A stretch of DNA of 64,000 bases from Iphione sp. A-MEVVRFRX5. Lineage: Eukaryota. The stretch's first letter is position 1; each line of letters begins with the position of its first letter. Where the stretch lies: assembly GCA_976226885.1 (NCBI GenBank), contig OZ320314.1, positions 90,024,001 through 90,088,000 on the forward strand, given 5' to 3'. Below, piece after piece: positions 28,101-40,809 of the stretch. The notes under the pieces are model-generated. The model was not told where the DNA came from. It searched no databases and saw only the letters and a program-made list of their open reading frames with translations. A program made the position numbers and the translations under genes.

Positions 28101-31100
28101 AAAGTCACCTGGGAGTTGCTACATATCTGACATAATGTATCAGGCCAACATTTCTAGGTAAGGTGCAGTTCTCACTTCTGCCCTCTCGATCTAGAATTCA
28201 GAAAAATGCTTTGTCGTGTCAGCAGTATTTCTGATGGCCTACAGACAGTGATCCAGTGGGAGAGGCAACTGATGGCAAAGACTAGTATCTCTCGAAGTAG
28301 GTAATTTTGACATAACATGATGCCCCCAGAAACTGAAGGTGGTAGCGTAAGGACCTATCATTCGCCCTCTCTACCGCTCACATCTACCTCTCTCATATTC
28401 AGATTAACGATAAATTTAAACAAACGTGTGTCTGCATACTCAGAACTTTTAATTCTGCCACAAACTCCTCATGTCGTTCAACCAGAGGGCAGAAATGCAG
28501 AAGGCGAGATTGCATTTTCCTTCGTGTTCTTAACTCTTTCATCAGATGGCAGCAGAGAATCTGGACCCATATACTGATAGACTTGGGGAAGGAGTAATAC
28601 CTATCGTAAACTCTTTCAAAGATTAACCATTTTTACCAGGAAATGTCGTCCTTCAGTATGACATGTCTGTGTACTATGCATTCTGTTTCGTTCATATTGT
28701 AATTGTATTCGGTCTGTAAATTTTGCTCCAACCACAAAGGGGGCTTGCACTTGGTTAACTATAGTGTTGATTTTGTATTTTTACGTGAGTTTAATAAAGC
28801 ACAGTCCAAGTGTCAAGCCTGTTTCTTGGTCTCACAGGACCTATCTATATAGCAGAACTGTGGTCACATGGCTACCAATAATATAAGTGTGACCAATCAG
28901 AGTATATAATAATATAACTGTCACCAATCAGAATTCAGTATACCATACATTCGCTACATTGTAACTACTTAACCCAAGAACAGACTGTTTTAGCTAAATT
29001 ATATCAAACTTACAACAGCCTTCATCAATCAGAATCCCTCAAACCAGAACAAAGTAACCTTTTCCACAGTGGTAGTACTGTCACAACCTAATTAACCAAT
29101 CAGAGCTTAGGAGCTAGGATGCATTGCAGCATTATTTAAACCAGGGACCATAGTGATGCCACTGTTCTAAGGCATCCCCTCCTTTTCAGGAAGTAGCTGA
29201 ACCTTATATGGAAGAGTCATGCACAGTTGTGCCATGGTCTTGCACTCTGTTGGCCCCAAACTGGACACTTTGTATCAAAGTACAGGTAGCACCTTTGGTG
29301 GCACTGGCGTGCACTCAATGACCTCACCTGTGAGTGACTCAAATCACAACATTCCCTAAAAATTACATTTCCTCAGCACTCTCTCTCTCCCTTACTGTGT
29401 CTCTGGTTCTCATTTTCTTTCTACAAATTATATTCGCATCTTGCCTGTAAAAAGATAATTCACCATGTGTTGATTACGAAACTGTTTAAATAGGTAACAA
29501 CAGCAGGTACATATCCTACACAGATCCGAGAACTCAGATTTTTACAAATATTAAACAGATGAGGTAATAGATTTATCAGTTTTATAACACCTTATTGCAC
29601 TTATCCTCCAAGGACATTTTCCAGCAGTTCAAAATGCAGAAAGAGTTCATTGAGTACACTGCCTACTGGCAGGGTGGGTCATTGAGTGCACTTGTGTGTC
29701 AAAACAGAATAGGAAAGAGTTCATTTAGTGCATCACTTACTGGCAGGGAGTAGCACTGGAGTACACATGTATCTAGCTGGGGTCATTGATTGCAGTTCTG
29801 TGACACTACCTTATAAGGCAAACCCATAGGGGTCAATGAGTGCAAAAAGCTGGGCAATCACTGGTGGCCACTTACATTACCATATTAGGATGTGCACTAA
29901 CATATTAGGACATTTCTAAGAGATCAGTGACACCACATAAATCACCTAATGTTTCAGCGATACATTGTGGCATTCTGGCCTATCCTGATTGGCTAATAAT
30001 GTTCTATCTAACTTAAGAGTGATACATTGTATCAGACACATTCCATGCTTACTTTTGTTTGGTTACATCTGCTTTTGGTCATCTGACCATGATTCCCTGT
30101 ATATTGAAGTGCTTTGTGAGCATTAAACAGACTTGAAACTGGGACTGGTTGTGGAAGCTGTTAATTCACACACACCCGAACTACAACCAGACTCTCTCAT
30201 CAACCAGAATGAATTCACTGTAACAGAATATTGGCTATATGTGTAGAAGATCAGCACCCCTGTCCAATGCCTCATGCTATGCAAAGAACAACTCACTACA
30301 AAACCTAGACAAGATGATGTGCTGCTCCCCTCCTCCTCATTCTCTCTCCCTACTTCTCTCTCCCTCTCTCTTTCTGTCTCTCTGTCTCTCCCTCTTTGCA
30401 TTTCATATACTAACAAAATTTAAAATTATATAAATTATCAAGGACCTAAAATGTGGAACTAACTGCAGCCACTATATGTTTGAAGCAGAAATGAATTGAC
30501 TGATCCCTGAATTACGTCATTACAACAGAAAATAGAGCACAGCAATCATTGTAACTGGTAGAGATCCTATGACAGTTACAGCTCAGACTATGACAGCCAA
30601 CATGCTGGCTGTACAAAAATGAAGATAGGCATGGTCTTTCCAAGCTCAAGACACCAACTTCTAGTGATCAGATTTTAATAATATTTACATCAGATTAACG
30701 CTAAAGATCTAACGAAGAATATGAGCCATAGCATAGCTCACTACAGACATTACGAACGATTCTACAACCATGTAAAGCTCGGCACTCACTCTGCTCTCAC
30801 TCACAGGAAAATGTAAACAATGTCATTTTACCACAAAATGCTGTAAAACGGCAATCGGTCTATTCCATTATGCTGCTTGATTTCTTATGTTGAACCATCC
30901 TAGTAACTTATTGCACTGGGTATGTAAAATGGACTCCTCCCCTTACGTGAGAGGGTGCAGTGAGTGGTGACCTACTTACACAGCCTCAACATCTCACTGC
31001 CAGTCTGCACCAACTGCTATGTAAAAAGCTCTAAATTTCCACTGCTGTAGCTCAGTCAGGTCTGTACAGAAAGCTCTCAAAATTTGATTGAATAATATTT

Positions 31101-33499
31101 GATCTACAGACCTACCATATGATTTCCTCCTATCTTCTATAGCTCTTGTGTAATGGCTTGAGAAAAATGACCCTCTATCTTCAGTTTGTGAGTTCCGCCA
31201 TGTGTGTGTTGTTTGTAAAGCCAGGGCTTTCCTGCTCTGTGCGCTGATTGGTTATATTTAAGTCACCGGTAAAATATGCGATGTTGTAACAGACAGAGGT
31301 GAAGAGTCCATTATAGCTCATTCCATCACATTTCTTATCAACCTTGGCATTACCTTACCTTCTCATCGTATCTCCCTCTGTTTCCAACCAATCTGACCAT
31401 GCTACATGTTAAATCTATAGAGTTTATTTCTATGGTTCAACTAGCCATGCTATCCTGTCTGCACTGAGTCTAAATCCCTAAAATCTACACTAGCTCTCAC
31501 AGACTCCACACTAACTACTCAAAATATATCGACAGTGAGTGGGGTCTTGATGTGGTGAGTGGGGTCTTGGTTGAAAAACAGGGTGGACAAGACCAGAAGG
31601 TGCACAAGACCAGAAAAAATGAAGAAATATTTCCACCGTCCCAGAAAAAAATATTTTGCCCACCGGAAAACACACAACCTGATTACAGCCAAAGTGATGT
31701 CATGTTTACACTGCGCTGTGCTATTAATTTTTTTGAGCATCCTGGCATGTGCATATCAAATATGTACATATATATGGATACAGTGAGACCCCATTGATTT
31801 CTGCAAATTAATAGAACCAAGCGCTTACGTGACAGAATGGGAGAGCATATTGATGGTTGGAGTTTAAACATTATTTGCGGGATAGGCGGAGGTTATTGTG
31901 GCCAATTTGGCTCTGAACCAAATATCACTATAGTGACTGGATTCTACTGTATTGAGTCCGTTTTGAATGCATTTTTTTCATAGATTTAGTGCTGGACAGG
32001 AGATTATCTCTTTCGAAGATTGTGGATGTTTAAAATAGCTATTTTGGTTCTCTCATCGATGTACATGCACAGCAAAAACCTGATTTGACCACTAGAAGGA
32101 CCAATTAATTGTACCATTGATGGAGAATTGCCAGTAATTAGGGCTTTGGGGCTTCCGTAATTATATTATAGTACTGGGAGTCGAACAATTACTGTTAATG
32201 CCGAACCCACCTACTTGTGTTGCCCACACGGTACGTCGGTACTCTATGTTATGCAATTACAGAAACGAGCTTATTCTCATATATCATCATGTGACAGAAA
32301 AATGTCTTATTGGGAATTGAAATCGATTAAACCGAGAGACTTTGACATGTTCTTCAAGAAGAAATTAGACCTAGTTTTTCGTGCTCAAATTTTTCATTTC
32401 GTCATTTTGGGCATCTCAGGCGCTTTCAGCACTTTTGGCCTGCTAGGCTTACACTCCTTATATCAATTTGTTGTTTTATTGTAATTGTTGCCTTAACTTG
32501 TCTAGTGCATATTTTTACTTACAGAATCATTTTTGCCCAAAACAAGGCATTACTGACCCTATGTTTCACGTTAGAGGAAGAGTATTGGGATCCCCAGGTG
32601 ATGATGTCATTACAAAAATGCAATGTTAACCTTTGGAAAAGTCATTTGTGTCTCAAGTATTCCCCATGCGTGAAGCTGTTCTGCATTTCCTCAACGAGGC
32701 AGGGCGGCTCTCTCTAATACAAAGTTTGCATTAAACCAATTCACTTTCGAGAGTGTAAAGGCTCGAACTGCTGACTAAATTTCGTTTAGTGTTTGTTCCT
32801 GCTTGGCAACTGCTTTTTCACTGGTTTAAGTCCCCAGATGTCCAGTATTTTATTCCTTCAACTGTTCATCACTCATTAAACATTAAAGGCAGTAGGCACT
32901 TGGTACAGTTTCTGTTACAGGCCAGGATTACTGTTAGGAGTATGCCCTCATGGTATTTGTGGTTTACATATGGATCAAATACACCTGCCTAGATAATTGT
33001 CGCTTTGAAACAATAAATACTTGTGGTTAGAATGAAGGTATAACCTCTGCTATGGTATGACGCCTCCCGGCTTTACTTGCTCTTTACTAGGGAGTGACTT
33101 AAGGCATAAGTCGTCCTTAGCTTTGGAATGCCTTCAGATATCATGCACCCTTTCAGGTTTAAGAACATTATCTTTTACATTCATTCTTCAATAGGTTCTA
33201 CTCTGAAACATATCAAAGCGCACCCTTACAAACCAAGCTTCAATACCACAGCTCAGACTCTCTCCACCAAATTACAATTCCCCTTCAGCAATATTACAAC
33301 GACACCCCTTCATGATGTTTGTCTATACCCCTTGGGGATTACATCGTGACTTAGTTCCTATTATATGCCAGGGACCTCAATCCTGCTTCATGTTACACAG
33401 ACTATGCCACTCCAGGGTAAAACAGAGTTGATAACTGAATAATATCAACGCATCCTTATAGCATAATGTTTATCACTACAGCGTTGCACCTGAATTTGG

Positions 33500-33900
33500 A
33501 TGTAACCTCCTTTCAGATCTCTATTTATGGGACTGTTTCAAGTCTTGAACAATCATTCTTGAGTCATCAGTTCAGGTATTACAAATGCACCGTTCAGTGG
33601 TCAGACGATGCCTTCCGTTAGCTTGTTATAACCACGCATACAGAAGGTTCGATTCATGAACCTTATCAGGCTCGTTGCAACCACCTCTTTTGTGCTGGCT
33701 TCCATTGCAGTACTACCTTTGACCACTCCACTGTATCTATCATGCACTCACCCCATGAATATGCTGTTGACAAGTAGCATTTGTCACAATACATTTGGTC
33801 TCCTAACAGTCCTAACAATGGACTGCTTGATGAGTTACAACGACTAATCATTGTACATTCCTCATTTCTTTACGTCGCTAGAATTATGCATCTGTTCAGC
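33500..33900 (-). mobile_element. RTE-like LINE ORF2 C-terminal fragment
   Basis: SWGECM..EWSKVVLQWKPAQKR resembles the RTE W.GH..R....W.K..L.W.P...KR motif. Confidence 0.4.
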
Positions 33901-34574
33901 CTCTTACTTTCATATTCATACACTTTGTTCAGACAGGTACAATAACACCATCATTTAACAGCGATTGAGCAGAATCTTGCTACATAATGTCTCCATTAAC
34001 AACCTTTTGGCTTAAGATAAAAATTCTCTTCCAGCATCCTTCGAGAGCCCTCTAAAATTTCCTCTGAAATAACACCATAAAGAACTATAATGTAGAAAAA
34101 CCATATCTTAAGGAGCTTAATGGGAAAGCTTTAAGGTCAAGTTAGTTTGAGCAATGTGTGTGTTGGCCATTATGAGAGAAATCTTGAGTAAATAATCTCG
34201 GTTGCCCTAGCACCTTTGACATAAACAACCTCTTACGCAGAAAACGTAGTTCAGTCATGAAATGCCAGAGTCCCATCCCTCCACTGCTTTCGAATATGAC
34301 TTATCACGCTCTGCTATTCACCAGCCATTCACATACCCAGTAAGCATTTTTGAGCACTTTGATTCACGTTGAGTATCCCCCAAATATCCGCTAAGCAGTG
34401 GTTATAAGGCACCGATATAAGCCATATAGGTTGTCTTTCACGCAGAACTCTCAGGTTATCTCAACAAAGCCTTTTGACAGCTATTTGATGGCTTCGATTT
34501 GCACCCTGCACTGAAACCATTACTCCTGTAAAAGCTGCTAAGGGGGTGGCGGGTATGAGGGATAATCCTGCTAC

Positions 34575-34850
34575 AGTAACTACCCCATGTCCCCCCTCCT
34601 CGTGCCCCCACTACTCCTTTTCTTTCTCGTACCCGATCGCCTCCTCCTGGTGCCCCCTCCTCCTCCTCCTCCTCCTCCTCCTCCTGCCTCCTTCTCCTCC
34701 TCCTGCCTCCTTCTCCTCCTGGTGCCCCTCCTCTGCCTAGTGTCCTCCTTCTCCTCCCAGTACTCCCTCTTTGTCCTGGTACCCCTCATATGCCTGGTCA
34801 CCCTCCTCCTCCTCCTCCTCCTCCTCCTCCTCCTCCTCCTGGCGTCCCCT
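34575..34850. repeat. (CCT)n-rich low-complexity tract
   Basis: Several pure CCT runs, which explain the poly-Pro/Leu/Arg/Gly ORFs. Confidence 0.95.
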
Positions 34851-37247
34851 TCTGCTCCATAGTTCACGTCCGTAGAATCCCAGTTGTCATCTCCATGGCG
34901 TCTGGAACGCTGCCATTCTGTCGGCCTCGCCGCCTCCAGTGGAATTTAATCCCTCTGCTCTCTCTCCTCTTTCTCTTTCTTCCTCTCTTACTGTGGGAAG
35001 TCTTGTCTCTCATTGTCGGCTCGTTGAGACATCATTTCTGGTCTTCAATGGACGAGAATGTCACCAGATATCAACTCGTCAAAGATGTGGTAACCGACTT
35101 AAGGTCTATAAAAGCATGTAAGTGATGTTCATTCAACCTTTACATACTATTTATTTATGTGTCCATGTGTGTCCAATGTTCCATTGGTTTCCCAAGTTTA
35201 ATCTGGACCTCTCTCTGATCGTGGTCTGCTTACGGAGGTACTACTCCACCTATTTACAAGTTATCAATATAATACAAAAGGAAATAAATGAAATAATGCA
35301 AAGAAAAGTCAAAAGAAGTTGAAGGATTTTTTATCGTGTTCTAGAAGAACCATACCGGCAGTGAAATGTCTCACAATGATGTCTCATTTAGCCAGGGCAG
35401 GATCATGTTCATAGCAGATGCAACTTTGTGTTAATGTTGTGAAAACATATGTATTGCTCTTCGGCAATGAAATTTAGTATTAGGGACTAAATCATTATAG
35501 GTGTAAGTTAAAGAGTTGGAAAAGTCAATTCAGTCATTGCCCCGTTTTGCCTTGTCTAGACCATTTCAAAGTGAGCTGCCGTCTTCCAAACGACCATTTC
35601 GTACCAGCTAAGCTCTAGGAGCTATGGGCCAGAAAGAATTCCCTCTTGCATACTGTATGTATTATTTTCTAATTTCTGATTAATAATGTCGCACAATACT
35701 GCTCTATGGAGTAGTGGGATTTTGTTAAAAGGTTTAAAGTGGAAAAGATTTAAATTATAGTGTGTATCATTTATCTTTTATGCTAAGACATTGTAAAGAA
35801 AAAGCTCTGCACAGAATGAATTCAAGTTCAAAACTTAACACTTTTATTCAGCTTGCTTGCCCTTTTATAAATATGCCCCATGCCCCAGTTGCAGTACACA
35901 TCAGTGCACGGGCATTATGTAACATTTCATCCTGCATGACTAACACACTTACTAACGCCAGCAATAAGGTATCAAAAGACTACAAATCACCTCCTGAACA
36001 CCTTTATCGAACATTTTCTTGTAGGAGCAATATTTTTCACTGTTAACCTGCCAGTAATGTATATTATGATAAATGTAAATTTTCTAAATTATATCTCACT
36101 TTCAAACCTGGCTTGTTGCCATGGAAACCAAATAAATGAGGTATAATTATTTTCAAAATAACATGCAATTCAAAGCAGCAGATCTGTCGATTCAATAAGA
36201 TCAACAAGTAGCTAAAATCTTTTGAAAATGTTTCAAAATATATTTAATATTCACAGCAGTCAAACCAGCTAGCCTTATTGTTCCTCTACGTTTAAGTCTA
36301 AAAATTAAGACTTTATTTTGAATTACAAACTATTGCAAAGGCAGTACCGTGAACTCTCCTCCGTTTCTGTTTCATCAGGGTGACTGATTAGCGCCCAATA
36401 GTTGGCTTTCTGTGGTACATCTGGCTTAGTCTAACAATTTTAACTATCACGCCTACCATGCAGTAGCTGGTAGCACATGACTGGTTATTCACATTATGGG
36501 CATACAGAATAACCCAAAAGGATGTGCTCTGCTGTTCCTCATTTATCCATGAATATACTTTTACTCCTTCCTGACCGCCCGTGGATAGACATGTCTGCCA
36601 AAATTGGCAGATAAGCCTACAGACAGATAAGAGGGATAAATAAGAACTGGGCATTTATTCTCAAATTAATGGATGATTCATGTACTATATAGTATCAGTG
36701 TGGTTCCCAGAAATATCATTCGGATTTGGGAAAATTCGGTTTTTGAGTGTTCGGTTTTGGAGTAACCTCTTTATATAACTAGTTCTAAAATTATTGCTTG
36801 GTAATAGAGGAAATCACAAAGATAGTCACATGACTATAAATTATGGGATTACCACTTTTCAAGTATCAGATATTATAAATCTTTATCTTTACTGGCAATT
36901 CTATATATAAAAATAAGTATTTGCAGCCAGACGATACAATCGCATTAAGATGGATCCATTATTGATAACACCACATATTCTGACTATAAGTAATTCTCCA
37001 TAACAGGCAAATTACATGTTAATCAGTGTTACTTGCTAAAATAATCCTTAAGTTTATTTATTGTCAATCTTCTTTTATAATACAATCATCTCTATTTCTG
37101 ACTTCTGACGGAAATTTTGTCTATACAAAATCAATATGTTCAGGTATTGATTTCTGACCAAATTGATTTCCGACAAATTTCAGCTTCTGACCAATCGGTA
37201 CAAGATCAATTGTCATATATTTTACTGTTGCTTTCTGAATGGAGAGG

Positions 37248-37469
37248 TTGAAAGAGTGGTTGGGGGAGTCCACAGGAATGAAATGCTACTCCTCTGATGT
37301 CTCTTATACCTGGGTTAACGATTGAAAGAGTGGTCGGAGAAGTCCACAGGTTTGAAGCACTACTCCTCTAATGTCCATCACACCTGGGTTAACAATTAAA
37401 AGAATAGCCAGGGGAGACCGCAGGTGTCAACTGTGATCACTCTAATGTTCCTCATACCCTGAAATCAGT
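37248..37469. repeat. Diverged minisatellite, about 3 x 74 bp
   Basis: Units start at 37248, 37322 and 37396 (ttgaaagagtgg..gtccacagg..ctactcctct.atgtc..acctgggttaac). Confidence 0.85.
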
Positions 37470-37519
37470 CCAAACCTACCTATTCGCTGTCTGAACCCGC
37501 AGATTTGCAGTCTATACCT

Positions 37520-37635
37520 GCCGAAATTCACCACTTTTAGGTCTCTTACTAGTCAAATTCAGCACTTTCAGGACTTTTACTGTTCAAATTTAGCACTTTT
37601 TGGAGTTTAACTGTTCAAATTAAGCAATATTGCAG
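37520..37635. repeat. Short tandem repeat, about 31 bp x 3-4
   Basis: Recurrent TCAAATT(C/T/A)AGCACTTT motif. Confidence 0.6.
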
Positions 37636-38449
37636 GTGCTCTCACTGAGGCATACATGTTTTGATGAGCCAGTGTGTGACCACACAGCAGGGTCATTCCC
37701 ATAGTGGCTACAAGTCACAACATTACCTAAGGATGCATACTTACCTCAATACTATGGTTATTGTACATCATTAACATCTTTTTTAACATACATCATCTTA
37801 GACTGTCATACAAAGTGATTGGGTCTATGTATAACAGCAAATTGTATACCAAAGTGCTCAGAATCACTTGCTGAACACCCTCTTTATTTCTTTCTGGGAG
37901 CAATATTTTTTGTTTTTCTACCAGTGGTGTAAATTTAGTGTACATTTATGTGATCATATTTCATATACAATCCTGTTCTGTTGCTAGGATAATCAAATGA
38001 ATAAAACAAAAACGCCTAGATATAAAGTACAATACATGGGGTTTCATATGCTATATAACATTACAAATTGTCTACTGTACCAATAACTACAGGTGAATAA
38101 GCTATATTGACCTACATTTACTTCTTTAAATTATACTGCTTGTGTTGGTCAGGAAAGACAATGTTAGATTTAGTTTGATAATCATAATGTTATCGCAGTA
38201 AGTAGAGATAATATTCACAGATCCTTGAAATATCATGTCAAGACTAACCCTTTAGGTATCCCTATCTATTCCAGACCAATGTCATTTCGTTACAGTAAAA
38301 TCAGTAACAGAGGGAAGTAGAGCCAGTTAATGTGGTGGGAAACTAAAATGAACCATGAAACCGTCAGACAAATTGCAATACAATCAATTTAGTATAGATG
38401 GGGTGCCTGCTATTAATAACAATACTTTATATGCATGAAGTGTATGTGT

Positions 38450-39450
38450 TAGTAATTGATCCCGGGTGTGAGGAGATGTACATACTATATATACACAGCC
38501 TCAACACCGCTACTTCATCTGGTAGGGAGTCTTCATTACACTTGAAATGAGCCTTGACCTAACGCATGTCCAAGGATGTATCCCTAGATTCAAATATGAG
38601 AACATTCATTCCCAACATGTTAGTAAGCGAGGCAGTTTGCCTGGGTAAGAAATACTTCTTAGCCGTATTGGATAGTTTGAATAATAAAATGGAACTCCCT
38701 AAACAATACCCAATTTTCCCACATACTACATGTATTTGGGAACCAAATTCATACAAGGAAAACCCCTAAATAGCACCCTGACAATCCATGTTGCAAGATA
38801 TTGATACCATGTTACCATTAGTGTGTAACTACCTTTGTCTTTTTAGTTATAATTTGATATGAGATATTTGTTTAAATACCGGTTCTAGTGTATAGACTAG
38901 ACATAAAATGTCATTTCAATAGTTATTTCCTAATGCCTAACTTGTATTCAAGTATTATCCCACACAACTTGAAAGTGTCATTGCTTTTGAGTGTCTCACT
39001 CTTCATGGAAAAATTGTATATGAGATTCTGCCAAGAATAGTCATATTCTAAAAAGTGTTTAATATTTATACATATTCCTAGAATCAATACATGCTCTGCC
39101 TGGGACTAAAGTGTGGAGTCACTGTTGAGACATTCCATCCATTTCTCTCGCTACTACCAACATCAGTGTATAAAAAACAAAAACATCAGTGCACAACAAA
39201 CCAAAATTTAAAAGTTTACTTTTTCAATTGAAATATTGAATATCCCTCTGTTACAATCCTCCAAATGATTCTTGCTGGTGCCATACTCTCAGTCTACTAG
39301 ATAACGCTAAGAAGGGTTGCAGGATGTCATTCAGTTGTACTTGTAACCATTTTTAAGAGCTGTTGTTGTAGCGGCCTCTGGTATTCCTATCACGGTCTAA
39401 AGTTCACAATTTTTTTCTCTTTCTTTGGTTTGTCAACTGAGGGGAAGCTT
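38450..39450 (-). mobile_element. Old CR1/L2 LINE RT fragment
   Basis: CYLGVFL / EFGSQIHVVCGKIGYCLG (about 38650-38790) resembles YLGV.LD..L.F..HI..VC.KI...LG. NFRP near 39410. Confidence 0.5.
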
Positions 39451-40809
39451 TACAATATGCGCTGAATTATATTATGCAACTTAATCGGAATGGTGTTCTA
39501 TTGGTAGCAGGATGAGGAAACTTACCTTGATCTGAGAATCCTACCTATTCTGCAGCCATTCCAATTTGCTGGTGACCTTGCTGACCCTCACTGATGGAGT
39601 GTCATTTTAGCAGTTATTAGAGATGATTATTGTTGTCAACTTTCTGATTATCTATTATCACTGTGATACTCACTTTGTCGCAACTATATTTGTCTTTTTT
39701 GTCCTCTTTCTGACAACAACCCTTGACTAGAGACATATTCAGGAAACTATGTTTATCAGAAAGCATGCCTTAGTTACAAACTGTGACAATATGCACCCAA
39801 GGATATTAATTTCGATAGTATATTCCATCACACCGATACATCAAACCAATATGTACAAATATACAAGGACTGAAATAATATGATACACCAGTTATAATCT
39901 ACTTGTGTCTGCGCACGCAAAATTGCCCCTCAGATGCCGTACATAACTAGAGGCTCTCATAACTTCTGAGGCTCTGGCCTCCACTGAGTTATGAGTCTGT
40001 CTGTGTGCTGACTGTCTTCATGGACAGGGAGTGCCAAAATAAAACGTTTTCCCACTGGTTATATCATTTGATTTGCCATGCGCAAAACAGATTTTTCTAA
40101 AATTCTGTCAGTCTGACGTTTGTACAAGTAGCATACACCCATGTTAAATGAAAAAATACGCTTGAAGTGTATGTCTGTTAAGTAAAGCAAACGAGGTTTG
40201 AAGCACGTTCTTGTTTGTAGGGTAAAAAATGAGCCTAAAGCATAATTTACGCATGTTGAGTTAAGAAAACCAAGGTGTAAACAGTCACAAAGAGCCGATG
40301 ACGAATCAAGGAATACTCCTCCAGTATGGCAATAGTCATAACCATGGTGATGCTGAAACAAATGTTGCATGAGTGAAGAAATGAGCAGTTATTGGAAATT
40401 AGAAATCAGAAAGAATTTATTCCCTTTGCACATATACATACAGTTGGAGATCTTCCAGTAAATAAAAAAGGAGTTACAAATAAAGAGATTTTAGAAGAAA
40501 TGAAATGATTAATAAATGACTCAGTGCTCATTGAACAACTATACATGAAATATATTAAAACGCACTCAGAGAGATCATCAAACAAGATAACTCAGCAATC
40601 ATTAAGCAACTTATGCATGTAATACATACAAAGCACATGTTGGAGATATCATCAAACAAATCGGAACAAAAGCACATAATAAGACATGCCTAGTTTCATT
40701 TTAGAAGAGAGTAATATGCAGGTCAGTACTAGTAGGAAATACATATAGAATACAGCACTTTGGGGAATATACAGAGAATACAGTACTATACATTGTGCCT
40801 TCAATATTG

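Noticed and set aside
34546-35125. ORFs rich in poly-Pro, Leu, Arg and Gly
   Set aside because: Products of the (CCT)n tract.
36355-36395. Minus-strand CTGATGA-AACA-GAAAC, resembling a minimal hammerhead ribozyme
   Set aside because: No stem II pairing and no complementary stem I.
37248-37469. CRISPR-like periodicity
   Set aside because: Whole units are similar to each other, with no constant repeat and unique spacers; eukaryotic context and no cas genes.
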